Positions 62,821 through 64,000 of a stretch of 64,000 bases of DNA are shown here, piece by piece. The stretch is from assembly GCA_903813345.2 (NCBI GenBank), contig CAIIXF020000001.1:11594001-11658000 (forward strand), read 5' to 3'. The DNA comes from Owenia fusiformis. Its lineage: Eukaryota. Positions within the stretch are counted from its first letter, which is position 1. Every line of letters begins with the position of its first letter. The translations under genes were made by a program, and so were the position numbers. Below the pieces are notes generated by a model that worked only from the letters and a program-made list of their open reading frames with translations, ran no database searches and had not been told where the DNA came from.

Positions 62821-64000
62821 AATATTGCAGAACTGAGCGAAAAGAAAGGTGGAACAAATCAGATTAAGATATTTTATTTTTGAAATGCACAAAGGGCAAC
62901 AGTTGAAGAACAAAAGTTAAAGGCGTTGTGAAATAGATCGTGCTTTTATATGATCCCCTTCTATAGTACCCTACCCTTTGCATTTGTTCGACTTCACTTC
63001 TTAAATGAGAGTTTCGTCTTCTCGTAGTTTATAATAAGACTCTGCACGCAGCGTAATAGTGCCCCTATTATCCATGTTCATGTTCTCATTTGATTTTTCA
63101 TCAGTTATGACTTGGTAACATTTGCTCTGATTTTCATTACGGCGCCCGGCCAATTGAGTATTTTATTCAGAATTGAATACAATTTTGAACAAAATACTCA
63201 TCGGCCGGGCGCCGGTGCTGAAAATCTGAGCAAATGTGACCACGGCATTATAAAAGCATACTCTTTAATACACGAACAGATTCAAAATGAGACTTTATCT
63301 ATCAGAGAAATAAAAATGGAAAATTTGTATTCTGAAAATATTAACTGATGCATTGGTTAGTATTAAATATTAAGTTTTACAGTCGGAAACCTCAAGGGGC
63401 GGGAAATTTGATTAAACAAAAAGCCGGATTAATATGTGGACAACTTGCAAATGAAATGTAAGTAACATGACAGAACGAGTGTGTACGCCCAATAAATACT
63501 TTTATAGTTTTAATGTGCATTCAAAGGACCCCGTTTGTAAAATTGATAGAAATGAATAGTTTTATTATCGGAAAAAACTGAGAAATATCTACCCGAGTCG
63601 CTAGAATAGTCAACATCATATCAGTGCGAAAAATTAGCTATATTTATTTTCTATGCGATATACACCTGATATTGATAGCCTTCCACGATCATGGTCCGTT
63701 GACATCATCAACCTTGTGATTTGCCATAAGTGATTAACCAATATTTTTTAATTAAAAGTCGGGGTTGACGTTTCTTGACTTTTCACACTGACATCAAAAC
63801 AAAACATAATTTGAAAATAAAAGGCATAAAATGGCCATTAAAAGTACATTTTTGAACAAAAGTATCAACTTATATTACACTGCACGCAAATACAAAGTGA
63901 AAAGTACGTCTTTCCAGGAGATTGAAATACGGATCGGTAAGTCAACAAATCTAACTGTTAAATAAACAAGCTTAGCCTATGTCTGCGATTGTTTGTCTGA

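Overview
AT-rich, intron-rich, transposon-dense eukaryotic DNA, most consistent with a marine invertebrate (species not identifiable), with three 500-N gaps. Left half: a minus-strand vWA-EGF-vWA extracellular-matrix-type gene whose 17-kb intron (84-17156) holds an opposite-strand orphan membrane-protein exon, a Helentron-like repeat and a complete DIRS1-type tyrosine-recombinase retrotransposon (7409-17062). The DIRS element is split by an Academ-like long-TIR element, which itself carries a pogo/Tc1-type MITE. Right half: a spliced secreted Cys-rich peptide gene, a duplicated spliced gene for a stand-alone bacterial-type family-3 solute-binding protein (the most unusual host feature), a vWA-PKD gene fragment, decayed LINEs, a decayed Ty3/Gypsy element and many non-autonomous DNA elements, two with CAC...GTG ends and exact 5-bp TSDs (Transib/RAG-like signature). 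Gene models were spliced and translated by hand; family calls rest on motif recognition, not database searches.
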